Shown: piece by piece, positions 1 to 9,857 of the stretch | Layout of the letters: every line of letters begins with the position of its first letter | Position numbering within the stretch: the first letter of the stretch is position 1 | NCBI GenBank assembly: GCA_963790205.1 | Contig: CAWBNQ010000010.1 | Location: 32,001-96,000 of the forward strand | Reading direction: 5' to 3' | DNA from: Nitrospirota bacterium | GTDB lineage: Bacteria; Nitrospirota; UBA9217 | DNA length: 64,000 nucleotides | Translations under genes and position numbers: made by a program | The notes under the pieces: generated by a model | Seen by the model: only the letters and a program-made list of their open reading frames with translations | Told to the model about the DNA's origin: nothing | The model's database searches: none

Positions 1-1
1 G

Positions 2-1723
2 CCCCTCTTCTACGGGCCGGTAAGCGACGTCGTCCCGTCGTCATCCATTTTCGAGATTTATCCCATCGGGTTTCTGACCATATCGGACTACCTCAACCGG
101 CACGGCCTGTCGGTCAGGATCGTCAACATCGCCTTAAAGATGCTGCGGGACAAGGCCTTCGACCCCGCACGGTTCCTTGCCCGGCTCACCCCGCCGGCCG
201 CCTTCGGCATCGATCTCCACTGGCTCCCGCATGCGGACGGCAGCCTGAGCCTGGCGGAACTCGTCAAGAAGCTTCACCCGGACGTTCCCGTCATCCTCGG
301 CGGCTTGAGCGCGACCTATTTTCAGGAAGAGCTCATGCGTGATTATCCCTTCGTCGATTTCATCGTCTGCGGCGAATCCACGGAAGAGCCTTTGCGCGGA
401 CTGATGGAGGCCATAAAGAAGGGTGGCGGGTATGAGTCGGTGCCGAACCTGGTATGGCGGGACAAGAACGGGCGGGTAACGGTGAACGAGCGCTCGTTCA
501 TGCCCGATGACCTCGATTACATAGACTTCAATTACCCCCATTTGCTGAAAATGGCGGTCAAATACCTTGACCCCTCCGGCTACATTCCCTTCAAGTACTG
601 GCCCAGCTACCCCGTCACCGCGGTCTTCTCGGTGCGTGGCTGCAACCACAATTGCGGCACCTGCGGGGGATCCCTCTCTGCGTTCAAACGGGTCTGCAAG
701 AGGCAGCGTCCCTGCTTCCGGTCTCCGGAACTCGTGGCCGACGATATTCGCCGGATCGCCGAGCTGACCGGCGCGCCCGTTATCGTTCTCGGGGACCTGC
801 TCCAGGCCGGAAGGGAGTACGGCGAACGGTTTTTGTCCGCCATGAAAAGAAACTGCATCAGGAACGAGGTCTGCATAGAATTCTTCAGCCCGCCTCCCGC
901 GGATTTTCTCGAAAAGGTGGCCGACTCCCTGGCGACCTTCAATATCGAGATCTCTCCCGAATCGCACGACATCAATGTCAGGAAGACCTTCGGGAAAAGC
1001 TATGACAATACGGCGCTGGAAGGCATGATCGAAACGCTCATCAGCGTGGGCTGCAAACGGGTCGACCTGTTCTTTATGGTGGGCCTCCCGAAGCAGACGT
1101 ACGCGTCGGTCATGGACACGGTCAAGTACTGCGGCGAGCTCATGGAACGGTACGGCGGCAACGGAACGCCGGGCAGGATCCTGCCGCTGATCGCGCCCCT
1201 CGCGCCGTTCATCGACCCCGGCAGCGCGATATTCGAAGATCCGGAGAAGTACGGATACCGGTTCTTCTACCGGACCCTCAAGGAGCACCGGCGGGCCATG
1301 CTCATGCCGAGCTGGAAATTCGCGCTGAACTACGAGACGAAGTGGATGAGCCGGGACGAGATCGTGCGGGCCACGTACGACGGCGCGCTCAACCTTCTTG
1401 ACCTCAAGGAGCGCTACGGGGTGATCGGAGCGAAAAAAGCGGAAAGGATACGGGACCATCTCACCCGCGCGATCGCGCTGAGCCGGAAGATCACCGATCC
1501 CCTGAACGTGGACAACGCCCTGCGTGAGGAGATCATGAACCTCAATACGCTCGACCTGGTCTGCGACAAGCACGAGCTCGACTGGCCCATTAAAGGATGG
1601 AAATTGAAGGTGCCGAACATATTGCGACTGATTTTCAAACCAACGGAACAGCGGCCCCGCCACATCTCTATTAAAGACCCTGGTAATAAACCACACGGGA
1701 AATCAGCAGTCACGACTCGGTGA
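2..1723 (+). CDS. B12-binding domain/radical SAM protein (TIGR04190-like), 5'-truncated by window edge
   Basis: Frame is open from base 2 (PLFYGPVSDVVPSSSIFEIYPIGF); cobalamin-binding region DLHWLPHADG...VILGGLSAT; CxxxCxxC motif RGCNHNCGTCGGS. Confidence 0.88.
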   Translation, partial: PLFYGPVSDVVPSSSIFEIYPIGFLTISDYLNRHGLSVRIVNIALKMLRDKAFDPARFLARLTPPAAFGIDLHWLPHADGSLSLAELVKKLHPDVPVILGGLSATYFQEELMRDYPFVDFIVCGESTEEPLRGLMEAIKKGGGYESVPNLVWRDKNGRVTVNERSFMPDDLDYIDFNYPHLLKMAVKYLDPSGYIPFKYWPSYPVTAVFSVRGCNHNCGTCGGSLSAFKRVCKRQRPCFRSPELVADDIRRIAELTGAPVIVLGDLLQAGREYGERFLSAMKRNCIRNEVCIEFFSPPPADFLEKVADSLATFNIEISPESHDINVRKTFGKSYDNTALEGMIETLISVGCKRVDLFFMVGLPKQTYASVMDTVKYCGELMERYGGNGTPGRILPLIAPLAPFIDPGSAIFEDPEKYGYRFFYRTLKEHRRAMLMPSWKFALNYETKWMSRDEIVRATYDGALNLLDLKERYGVIGAKKAERIRDHLTRAIALSRKITDPLNVDNALREEIMNLNTLDLVCDKHELDWPIKGWKLKVPNILRLIFKPTEQRPRHISIKDPGNKPHGKSAVTTR

Positions 1724-1771
1724 CCGTAGGATGAAAGCAGGCATAGAAACAACGAAGTTTTTTGTACAGCG

Positions 1772-2341
1772 TCATCTGGCAGGCATGAACAACAGGAACA
1801 AATCTGCGACACCCATAACGATAGCTGCGAAGCCTGCCAGTACGTTTACCACTGACACTATCCAACCAAGATACTGAAACCAGAGCCCTGCGATGATCCC
1901 CAGCATATATCCGGCACAAAGTCCCGCGACTGAGGTAGAGGCCCCAAGCCATGCAGAGTGGCTGTCAAGGCCGGCTAATACGCCGGAAGAGAACCCGAGA
2001 GAAACGATAAAGGCGAATATCCCGAACTGGAAGTTTCTGTAGGAAGGGGAAATACCCCGCTGGGAGTATATGCTGAAGCCGATAAGGGCTGCCATCCCGC
2101 CGACGCCCAGGATGCTCAGTATCCAGCCGAGGATCGATCCCAGCTTTATGACCATGGGGATGCCGATGGCAGCGAGAATCAGACAGATAGCAAGGCCTAT
2201 CGCGCCTTCCATGAAGCTGTGGGAAACAAAGGTGGTGCCTTCACTTTTTTCCGGCTGGAAGCGTGATCTGATCAATTGAGGGAAAAAAGTCATGTGAAAT
2301 TCCATGGAGAGGATCTTCGGGTGGACAATATCATCGGTCAT
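1772..2341 (-). CDS. hypothetical multi-pass membrane protein
   Basis: 189-aa ORF with ~5 hydrophobic Gly-rich segments; GGAGG RBS upstream. Confidence 0.6.
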   Translation of the reverse strand: MTDDIVHPKILSMEFHMTFFPQLIRSRFQPEKSEGTTFVSHSFMEGAIGLAICLILAAIGIPMVIKLGSILGWILSILGVGGMAALIGFSIYSQRGISPSYRNFQFGIFAFIVSLGFSSGVLAGLDSHSAWLGASTSVAGLCAGYMLGIIAGLWFQYLGWIVSVVNVLAGFAAIVMGVADLFLLFMPAR

Positions 2342-2731
2342 TTCAAAACCTCCATTAGGGCTGTGTGTCAGCGCCTCATGAGACGCCCATATCAGAAAAA
2401 CAAAATAGTACGTTTATTCCGAGACCATAGGCTCCTAATTAAAATATAGAAATAAAACTTTTACGAGAAATGCTTTATTAAAAGCAGCGGTCCTTAATAT
2501 TGCAATTATGGAGCAGGGCGGAAATTATTCTGTTATGATGGGCATCCGCAGGATGCAGTTTACCCGGCGCATGAGACTGTGTAGCAATAATGGTCTTCAT
2601 TTAGCATTTGCCGTTATCATCAGTTTCGCACTAATACAAACGCAGAATAAATTGATACAGTGAGGCAGCTTAACGCATTGATTATATGGGGCTACTATTT
2701 CGACTTTGCCACAATTCTTAGTGCGTTTGTA

Positions 2732-3568
2732 TTAGATCAGGTTGAAAGCGCGCAACTCCTTCTCGTTCAGTAGGCGTTGACCTACGTAGATAAAATCGAA
2801 GTGAAAGCTCCATTCGCCCATAATGATGAGGCGCCAGCGCGACTGCCATTTCTGGCAGACGATCCATTCGCCGAGATCCCCCTCACCACAGTAGCTGATG
2901 TATGCAAAGTCCCCGGATACAGCGGATGTTTTCCTGGACGATGGCTCGGAAAGCAGAAGGTCCAGGGGTGACGTCTCGGGCGGTGGGTGAGGGTCAAAAG
3001 TGGTAACGACCTGTGCGAGTGGCAAAATCTCGAGCACATGGACTTTGAGCCATGCAAAATCTTTTGCTGCTGAGAAAACGTCTAACAACTTAACCCGTAC
3101 GAAGGATGAAGGAGGAATTTCGTCTGGAGCATCATCCCAGCCGTTCAGTGCCGAGGAGGGAGGTTGGAACAGAATCCAGGGTCTAAAATTGCGATCCGAC
3201 GACAGGAATGGCTGTTGGACCCTAATGAAATATGTATCATTCAAAATTGGGGTGACGCTAGGCCAGAGGAGTTTGTCTGTAGAAGCGGGAGCAAATTCAG
3301 ACCACGTAACATTGTCATATGCCCAAAGGGAAGCCCAGGTCGGCAAGACTGGCAGAGCGCCCAGTTTGAGGAGTTCCGTGTCACAAGCTTTACAACGCGA
3401 TGAAAGGATTGGAATGATGATATAACTCCCTTTTTGGATTTCTACGACTTTGCTCAACGGCAAAATTCTAAAGCAACGGAAGCGACTATTTCCACGGCGA
3501 TTTAAGCAGCCCTCCAAGCCTTTCTCGACATACTCTCCTAATGACACGCTGAAAAGATTTCTCTCCAA
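2732..3568 (-). CDS. hypothetical protein (start uncertain)
   Basis: 278-aa ORF with no recognised motif; 5' part overlaps an apparent transposase relic. Confidence 0.35.
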   Translation of the reverse strand: MERNLFSVSLGEYVEKGLEGCLNRRGNSRFRCFRILPLSKVVEIQKGSYIIIPILSSRCKACDTELLKLGALPVLPTWASLWAYDNVTWSEFAPASTDKLLWPSVTPILNDTYFIRVQQPFLSSDRNFRPWILFQPPSSALNGWDDAPDEIPPSSFVRVKLLDVFSAAKDFAWLKVHVLEILPLAQVVTTFDPHPPPETSPLDLLLSEPSSRKTSAVSGDFAYISYCGEGDLGEWIVCQKWQSRWRLIIMGEWSFHFDFIYVGQRLLNEKELRAFNLI

Positions 3569-3690
3569 AGAGTATTATTCGCTCAAACTCATCGCGCGAG
3601 AAGGTCCGCTCGTTATGGAAGTTTTGCTTTCTGCTCTGGCATGGGCAGTCGCTGCCAGGAATCGGGTCCAACTTGTTCGGGAGCACTCAT
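3510..3690 (-). pseudogene. degenerate integrase-core (rve-type) transposase fragment
   Basis: Across a frameshift reads EFERIILFGEKSFQRVI/GEYVE, resembling the ECLDRxILFGExSLRRxxxEYVxHY segment of integrase-core transposases. Confidence 0.35.
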
Positions 3691-3886
3691 TCATTTTTCT
3701 CACTTTTTCTCTAATACGATCTCAAAAGAGTATTCAGCCTACAACCTGCAATTCTTTATCATCCCTAGCAACGCTTTTGAGTTCTGGCATTCGTAAGTTG
3801 ATATAATTTCGTTTCTATAGCTTATATATCCTTTCGACCCGCTGCACTTCAATCTTGCCTTTGCCGGAGGAAGATGCTGTCGCCTT

Positions 3887-4453
3887 CTACACGTTATCAG
3901 ACGCCCATACCTCAAATCCGGTCTTCGTGTCCTGGACTACGGTTCCCTTCGAGGCGCCGAGGAGTTTGGCCGCGATCCAAAGATCGCCGACTGCGCCGAT
4001 CGTGTTGATGGTGAAACAAAAGTTGGAAAAGAGTTTGAGCAAGTCCCGTGCATACAGAAGTCCGAATACGAGATCCAGAACGATTAGTGGAGCCAGGGCC
4101 ACGAGGATGAAATGATTGCGTGGGATCTTGCTCGTAAAAGTGATGTAAACAAGAGGAGGTTTGAACCCGAATACAGGGTCATGTCCGAAGAGGGCGGCGA
4201 CCGCACCGTGAATACCCTCATGCAGGCTGACGACAATGACTATCGCGGCGAGAAGCCAACCGACGAGAGAAAGTCTCAAGGTGAAATCCATATGCAAAAA
4301 GGAGTTCACTATGCCGGCGAGAATTCCCATGACAATGCATAATCCGTAAACGGCTTTTCGCGGTAGAGTAAATTCGCTGACCTTTTTCAATTTATGCATC
4401 CGCCTCATCACTTTGCCGAAGATAAATTGCCATTCGGTCTGAACCACGATCAT
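3887..4453 (-). CDS. DUF3267-family membrane zincin-like metallopeptidase
   Basis: HExxH (LHEGIHG), ALAP, GAVGDL, VQDTKTG motifs; TM segments. Confidence 0.8.
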   Translation of the reverse strand: MIVVQTEWQFIFGKVMRRMHKLKKVSEFTLPRKAVYGLCIVMGILAGIVNSFLHMDFTLRLSLVGWLLAAIVIVVSLHEGIHGAVAALFGHDPVFGFKPPLVYITFTSKIPRNHFILVALAPLIVLDLVFGLLYARDLLKLFSNFCFTINTIGAVGDLWIAAKLLGASKGTVVQDTKTGFEVWASDNV

Positions 4454-4618
4454 CTGTTATTGACAATGGCTTGCTTATTTCAATAGAAATACGGCTTCAT
4501 GATAATGTTTTAAGAGATCTGTCAATCTATGCAACAATTATGAATTATTCAAAACAACGTTTGAAACAACGCTGTTCTCTGTAACTCCATCAAAACATCT
4601 AACATGTAATTTCTCGCA

Positions 4619-4935
4619 CTACTCCTCGCTCTTTTTCAACGTCGACTGTATTATCCTGCCGCCTTCCGATATGAATCCCAGGTCCGCCTCTGCGCCGGTT
4701 ACGAGCGAGGGAATCTGCTTCTCTACGTTGAAACTTTGCCACATCTCTTTTTCCGTGCCTGCATTCCGCTGCCGGGCGACCTGAACATTCGCTTGCAGTA
4801 CACCGGTTTGTTTCTGGCTCTCTACTACTCTGAGTTGCACCGGAGAGTCGATGAACTGCACGAAGGTACCGCCTACAGAGTTGTTTGTACCATCATAAAT
4901 TATGTGAGCCTCATGATGTCCCCCTTGATAATATC
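4619..4935 (-). pseudogene. probable 3' fragment of a gene truncated by IS relics
   Basis: Frame stays open upstream of the called GTG (YQGGHHEAHIIYDGTNNSVGGTFVQF...) until it runs into the IS3-like relic. Confidence 0.3.
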
Positions 4936-5050
4936 GGGCTGCGGTCCCAGTTCATCGCCAAGGACTTCAAAGAGTACATTCGCGTGTCTGATATGATGCC
5001 TGTATGGACGTCGTCCTATGATCCCAGTCAAAGGGCAAACGGTAGAAAAC
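4925..5050 (+). pseudogene. IS3/IS481-like transposase relic
   Basis: DNIGLRSQFIAKDFKEYIRVSDMMPVWTSSYDPSQRANG resembles SDNGPQFIAKDFKEFIRISGMTHVRTSPYYPQSNG of DDE integrase cores; cut by the ISL3 end. Confidence 0.6.
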
Positions 5051-6352
5051 GGCTCTCCCGGGTTTAGCATGGATACATGTCTAGCCCGCCGCAGTGAAAG
5101 TAAATTGCTGTCTTGAAGTGTTCCTTGTTCCGAAATCCGTAGGCCATCTTTTTGATTGTCTGTATCTTGCTGTTGAGCCCTTCGCTGACCGCATTCGTTA
5201 TGCGGTGCTGAAGATAAGTCAGAACGTTAGCAATATGTCTTTTGATCGTTCCTGCTGCGTCAATGATTGGCTTCAGCCTGCTGTGTGTTGCCCAGAAATA
5301 CCACCGCTTCCAGAATTTCCTCGCTGACTCGGCATAGTTGTAATGCCACAACTTCCGAAACGTCTCCTTGATGGCCCACGCGCGTCCTACCTTCAACTCA
5401 AGCTTTTGTAATGCGGCAAATTCCCTGCGGCGTTTCTCCGGAACGTTCTCCTTGCTGTACGGCCACAAGTACTTACTCCCCTTGAGCGTTTCGTCACCTT
5501 CTTTCATCCGCTGCCGATGTTCCTGCTTTCGTACCGTGTCTACCGCTTTCCCGAGGTAGCCCATAATGTGGAACCGGTCGAAAACGATCTTGCTCTCGGC
5601 ACCAGGCACATGGGCACGCGTCGCCTCAAGGTAGGGCTCCCACATGTCCATTGCAACCGCCTCGAGGCCTTCTAATTGCTCCGGCGTCAGACTCTTGTAA
5701 TAGCTCTCCAGACTGCTCTGTTTGCGGTCATCCTCAATGTGCTCTACCGTGCCTCCGTCTATATCGCTTACCAGCGTCAGGTATGTATGACCCTTGGCAA
5801 TGGCTTTCTCATCGACGCCGATCCGGGGAACGACGCGGTCTTGTTTCCGAAGCTTTCCGCGCTCTACGGCGCGTTCCATGAGGTTCCATGCTTCGTCCCA
5901 GCTTATCCGCAAGATCTTCGTGGCCCCGGTTATATCGCACTCCCGAAGAACATCTATGGCCAACCGCTCAAATAAAACCGTGAATCGTGACTTCGGTTCC
6001 GCCCAAGGGACCCGAACCTGCAAAATCCCATGCTCTGCACACGTTATGCGGGGAATACGCGCATGCAAGTACGTCTTGAACTGGCAACTGTCAAGGTGAC
6101 GCCATAACCGCTCTTCGGCATGATCATAGACCGTCGACTCCTTCGAGCATTCCGGACAAGACCATACTGCGTCCTTCTCATGTTCCACCCATACATCTAC
6201 CCGCTGCTGCTTTACATCCAGTTCAACTTGACTGACACTCCAGGGTGACTTCAATCCCAGCAATTGCTGATAAAGTCCGGTATCCTGCATGATCGCCTCC
6301 TCAGGCGACCATCCTATCACATATTTCTACCCACGGGAAAGCCGGAAGAATC
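5051..6352 (-). mobile_element. ISL3-family insertion sequence, copy 1 (1302 bp)
   Basis: Imperfect terminal IRs GGCTCTCCCGGGTTT / GATTCTTCCGGCTTT; near-identical to 17673-18974; flanks TAGAAAAC vs AAAAAAAC are not a perfect target duplication. Confidence 0.92.
5064..6320 (-). CDS. ISL3-family transposase
   Basis: Zn-finger CPEC...CAEH, IGVDE, AMDMW, FDRFH, SEGLNSKIQ..K..AYGFRN motifs; likely start MQDTG at 6290. Confidence 0.95.
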   Translation of the reverse strand: MIGWSPEEAIMQDTGLYQQLLGLKSPWSVSQVELDVKQQRVDVWVEHEKDAVWSCPECSKESTVYDHAEERLWRHLDSCQFKTYLHARIPRITCAEHGILQVRVPWAEPKSRFTVLFERLAIDVLRECDITGATKILRISWDEAWNLMERAVERGKLRKQDRVVPRIGVDEKAIAKGHTYLTLVSDIDGGTVEHIEDDRKQSSLESYYKSLTPEQLEGLEAVAMDMWEPYLEATRAHVPGAESKIVFDRFHIMGYLGKAVDTVRKQEHRQRMKEGDETLKGSKYLWPYSKENVPEKRRREFAALQKLELKVGRAWAIKETFRKLWHYNYAESARKFWKRWYFWATHSRLKPIIDAAGTIKRHIANVLTYLQHRITNAVSEGLNSKIQTIKKMAYGFRNKEHFKTAIYFHCGGLDMYPC

Positions 6353-6362
6353 AAAAAAACAA

Positions 6363-6848
6363 TCATCTATGGATGGCTCGGCCGACGACTTCAGCAAAAG
6401 CAGCAACTCCAATTCCACCCGCAAGTGCAGCGTATCCACTGACAAAAGACAAACAAAGGGCCGTAGTCAGTCCCAGCACGGCTGCCGTTCCTTCAGGCGA
6501 GTTAACTCCACCATTGCCAACGCCGCTACCAGGACAGGGGCCACAACCACCTCCGCAACTGCCCTGACACACATCATCCTTCTGCCACCCGGCTGCCGTC
6601 TGATGCAACAGTCCGCTGCTTCCGGCCTCTGCAGCAATAAGGGTTTTCATTTCAACGTTATTCAATGGTTGTATGGCTGAAGGAAGCACCTCACCAGCTT
6701 TTTGGTTCAGTAGTTCCCTGCTCCCGGAGCCCGCATTTAGTTTTGCGATTTCATCCGCTCCATTTGACGCAAAGGCATTTGCCACAAAGCCTTGCAGTAC
6801 AATGCCGATAACCATGATGCAGGTAAGCGCACATTTCATAATTTTCAT
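6363..6848 (-). CDS. secreted precursor-like protein with two AG-ending leader repeats, Cys-rich core and hydrophobic tail (PA2779-like partner of a C39 peptidase)
   Basis: Signal peptide ending AFA; repeats LLNQKAG / LLHQTAAG; CQGSCGGGCGPC; GGAGG RBS. Confidence 0.65.
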   Translation of the reverse strand: MKIMKCALTCIMVIGIVLQGFVANAFASNGADEIAKLNAGSGSRELLNQKAGEVLPSAIQPLNNVEMKTLIAAEAGSSGLLHQTAAGWQKDDVCQGSCGGGCGPCPGSGVGNGGVNSPEGTAAVLGLTTALCLSFVSGYAALAGGIGVAAFAEVVGRAIHR

Positions 6849-6873
6849 ATCACTGCCTCCTTGTTTATTTGAT

Positions 6874-7608
6874 TTAATTTTCTAATATCTGCTTGACTGT
6901 TACAGGCTTATCCTTATCCACTTTCTTTTGCATAGTTGCCGGAATTGCAAGAAGCGTAAACCGGTTAGCCAGCACCCAGCTTCTTTTGAAGTTCTCGAGC
7001 GGCACGGCAAGCTGGCCTCGGGCTGGGTCTAACAGAGCCACCAGATTGCGTTCAGGATCATATCCTGTAAGGAGCACATAGTGGTCGCTTTTGCCGTCCG
7101 CCGTTCCCAGCATGATTATCAGCGGTCTGTGGCTGTCCAAATGTCGGTATATGCCGGTCGTTTCGCGGTCAATTGTTCCCGGAAATACCGCAACGAAATA
7201 GCCGGCTTCTTCTAAGACAGCTTTAAGCACAGCGCCGCTGATACCTCGACTTTTTGCGGCTTCATCGGACAGGCTCTGCCGCTCAGCGTCATTCAGTGGC
7301 ACGCTGTAGTAGCGGGTAAGCATCTCAACGGCAGCAAAACCGCACAGATTGGGAGTCTTCTGCGATTCAAACGGCAAGTCAAGCATTACCGCCTTGTCGG
7401 AAAACAGGTGAATGTCTTGTGAGGGCTTTGCTTGGACAAGGACTTGATTGAGCGTTGAACAAGCGGAGAATAGGAGAGCGCAAGTTATCGCCAAAAACAA
7501 AAAAGTAGACTGAGAAATCAGTCTGCTTTTTCTGGAAATAATTGAAAGGATATTTACAGCGATAAAAAATGAACGACGGAAGAAAAGAAAAAGCCTGAAT
7601 TGCCCCAC
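6874..7608 (-). CDS. C39-like cysteine peptidase lipoprotein (PA2778-like)
   Basis: Lipobox LFSAC; QKTPNLCGFAA (catalytic Cys), DHYVLLTGYD (His), LLDPARG (Asp). Confidence 0.82.
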   Translation of the reverse strand: MGQFRLFLFFRRSFFIAVNILSIISRKSRLISQSTFLFLAITCALLFSACSTLNQVLVQAKPSQDIHLFSDKAVMLDLPFESQKTPNLCGFAAVEMLTRYYSVPLNDAERQSLSDEAAKSRGISGAVLKAVLEEAGYFVAVFPGTIDRETTGIYRHLDSHRPLIIMLGTADGKSDHYVLLTGYDPERNLVALLDPARGQLAVPLENFKRSWVLANRFTLLAIPATMQKKVDKDKPVTVKQILEN

Positions 7609-7928
7609 GTCATCTATCTCCTAATTTTACTTACGGGGTTACTACATGCCTCAGGTGACCATAGCCTTTGCTAGTACCTGAATTCATGTTCGCCATTCAC
7701 ACTGTTTAAATCGTACGGGAAAATATATGTGGTGAGTATTTCCGTGGATGCATGCGCTTCGCGTACTATACGCGAGTGCAACTTTTTGTCAAGACCTTTA
7801 AACGGGAGACTCGCACCAGCTTGGGAATGTGTTATCGTGAGTTTTAGTCGTAACAGGTAACTCATTACTCAGAGAGCAATTCCACTTACAATTTGGATGA
7901 ATAATATAATTGGTTGAGAATCCCGAAA

Positions 7929-8404
7929 TATGCTTATCCGGTTAACACAGCTAACGGATAATTGTCGCTTTATTTTGATGCTGTGGCTCGACCACCTAGA
8001 AATCCAAGTACGCCTGTTACGGTACTTGTAATTATCGGATACCCAATATCTGAACGGCCAGACTTTATCAGAACGTAACCGGATATGCCACCGATAACTG
8101 AAAGAAAAACAACTATGCCGTAAATGATTAATGTTATGATGAATCTATATTGCATGTCTTTTAGCCTTATTTTTTCATTACTTCCTACGTTTGTTTTATT
8201 CATTTCAATTTGTGTATTAGATACTGTATTAATTATTTCTTTTGCGGCTTCCATAATTGGCTCCAAATTAAACTTCGATTCATCTTTCGGAATCAGTTGT
8301 TTGTTTTCCATAACTCACCCCTTTGTCGAGATGGGGCGAGTATATCACTAATCGCTTTTCTGGTCACTCAAAAAAGGCTAGGCTGTATTAACCGGATAAG
8401 CATA
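7929..8404. mobile_element. non-autonomous IS1595-type (ISSod11-like ends) mobile cassette, 476 bp, carrying one passenger gene
   Basis: 23-bp terminal IRs TATGCTTATCCGGTTAA(C/T)ACAGC (22/23 match); 8-bp direct repeat TCCCGAAA at 7921-7928 and 8405-8412; no transposase inside. Confidence 0.8.
7970..8311 (-). CDS. AT-rich 2-TM hypothetical protein (passenger gene; DUF2335-like architecture)
   Basis: 113 aa, soluble N-terminal helix plus two hydrophobic helices; low GC. Confidence 0.65.
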   Translation of the reverse strand: MENKQLIPKDESKFNLEPIMEAAKEIINTVSNTQIEMNKTNVGSNEKIRLKDMQYRFIITLIIYGIVVFLSVIGGISGYVLIKSGRSDIGYPIITSTVTGVLGFLGGRATASK

Positions 8405-8423
8405 TCCCGAAAAGACCGCTCCC

Positions 8424-8720
8424 CTACTTGATCAAAAGCTTAAAGAACCTGTTCATGATGACTCCGGCGACCGCGCCGAGCATGGCGCCGAACGCGGCGA
8501 GAAAACCCATGACAAGCACGAGAACAAGCGTAACTGCGAACCAGTTCTGACCGCAGGCGGGCCCGAACATCCTGGTAACGTCCTTTGTTGCTGCGTCGCG
8601 CCACGTGCCCTGGAACGTGTCGGAAAAGAACATATCCAGGGACAGGGCCGTGCCGAGGGTTATGAGCGCCCCTGTTGCCGCGCCGATGATGATTGCTTTC
8701 TTAAGTCCCTTGTCGCTCAT
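8424..8720 (-). CDS. small hypothetical membrane protein
   Basis: 98 aa, two hydrophobic Gly-rich helices, host-like codon usage. Confidence 0.65.
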   Translation of the reverse strand: MSDKGLKKAIIIGAATGALITLGTALSLDMFFSDTFQGTWRDAATKDVTRMFGPACGQNWFAVTLVLVLVMGFLAAFGAMLGAVAGVIMNRFFKLLIK

Positions 8721-8812
8721 GAACGCCTCGAGAATAGTAAACAGTAAACGGCATACGAAACCGCATCCTGCCCTCCCTGTTTACCGCATACCGTCTACTT
8801 TAAAACTACCGT

Positions 8813-9466
8813 CTACTTCAAAATCTCGCCAGTCTTCCGCGACCACAGGAGCAGGTCCAGGTGGTCCATGTCGATGCCGAGCTCCCTGGCGAACTGCTCA
8901 AGCCTCTTTTCTATTTCAAGATACCCCGCCTGCGTGGAGGGCCGCATTCGTTTGTTGATCACGCCCATCTCGCGAAGGCTGTTCAGGATATGCTTGTCCA
9001 GAATGGCATAGCCGGGGAACCCTATGTTCCGGAGAAAGTGGCTCGATTCTTTGTAGCCCAGCCCTTTCACGGACTTGTTCTTCGCGAAAAAATCCCGGCG
9101 CGCATCCCGGCAGTCGAAGGATTCCAGGAGCCGGCGGAGCTTCATATCGCAGGCGTCCTCGAGATATTCCCTGGTCCGGACGATGTACGACGGCCGGATG
9201 CGCCAGAAGCGCACGCGGTGCGCCCGGGCGCGTTGTTGAAGCTCCGCCTCGGTCCCGGAATGGAGAATGTCCCTGAGCGCCTCGACGGTACGCATGCCCA
9301 TTTTTGCGCTGCTGCCCGCGGTCAGGATACAGTAACACAGCTCTTCAAAGATCGCCCGGTCGCCCTTTTCATAGACCGCCTTGAACTCCGACAGGCGTTG
9401 TATGATCGCCGGCTTCTTTTTGCGGTAATCTTTCCTGAGCTCACCGATGAATTCTTTTCCAGGCAC
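8813..9466 (-). CDS. ogg: 8-oxoguanine DNA glycosylase/AP lyase (Ogg2, archaeal/Thermotoga type)
   Basis: FEELCYCILT, KGLGYKESSHFLRNIG, AILDKHIL, C-terminal LDLLLW..KTGEILK. Confidence 0.9.
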   Translation of the reverse strand: MPGKEFIGELRKDYRKKKPAIIQRLSEFKAVYEKGDRAIFEELCYCILTAGSSAKMGMRTVEALRDILHSGTEAELQQRARAHRVRFWRIRPSYIVRTREYLEDACDMKLRRLLESFDCRDARRDFFAKNKSVKGLGYKESSHFLRNIGFPGYAILDKHILNSLREMGVINKRMRPSTQAGYLEIEKRLEQFARELGIDMDHLDLLLWSRKTGEILK

Positions 9467-9813
9467 TGTAGCCGCCCTTCAGGTTGTAAAGATTTTTATA
9501 GCCCATGCCCATCAGGCGCTTGATGGCCCAGATGCTCTGGTTGCCGCTCCGGCAATAGACCACGAGGTCTTTGTCCTTTTTGAGCTTTTTGACTTTCTCG
9601 CCGACGTCCGCAAGCGGCACATGGACCGCGCCCGGGATGTGCCCCTGCTCGTATTCCTTGCCGGGGCGGACGTCAAGAAGCATCATTCCCTTCTTCTGGT
9701 CAAGCTCTTTCGGCGTGATCTGCTTGATCCCCAGCCGGCCGAGGAACTCCGAGCAGCTTGATGATAAGGTAGAGCGCAATGATACTGATAAGAATGGTTG
9801 ATGCCGTATCCAA
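9441..9813 (-). CDS. membrane-anchored rhodanese-like protein (frameshifted near 9750)
   Basis: LLDVR..EY..GHIPGA and YCRSGNQS; RBS GGGAGG plus TTG at 9813 opens MDTASTILISIIALYLIIKLL in another frame, joined by removing one base. Confidence 0.8.
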
Positions 9814-9857
9814 AATAGAACCCTCCCTATTATAATTTCCGAATTCCGCATTTGTTT

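Noticed and set aside
1730..8420. Integron cassette array
   Set aside because: Genes are co-oriented, but I found no recurring attC-like sites and no integron integrase
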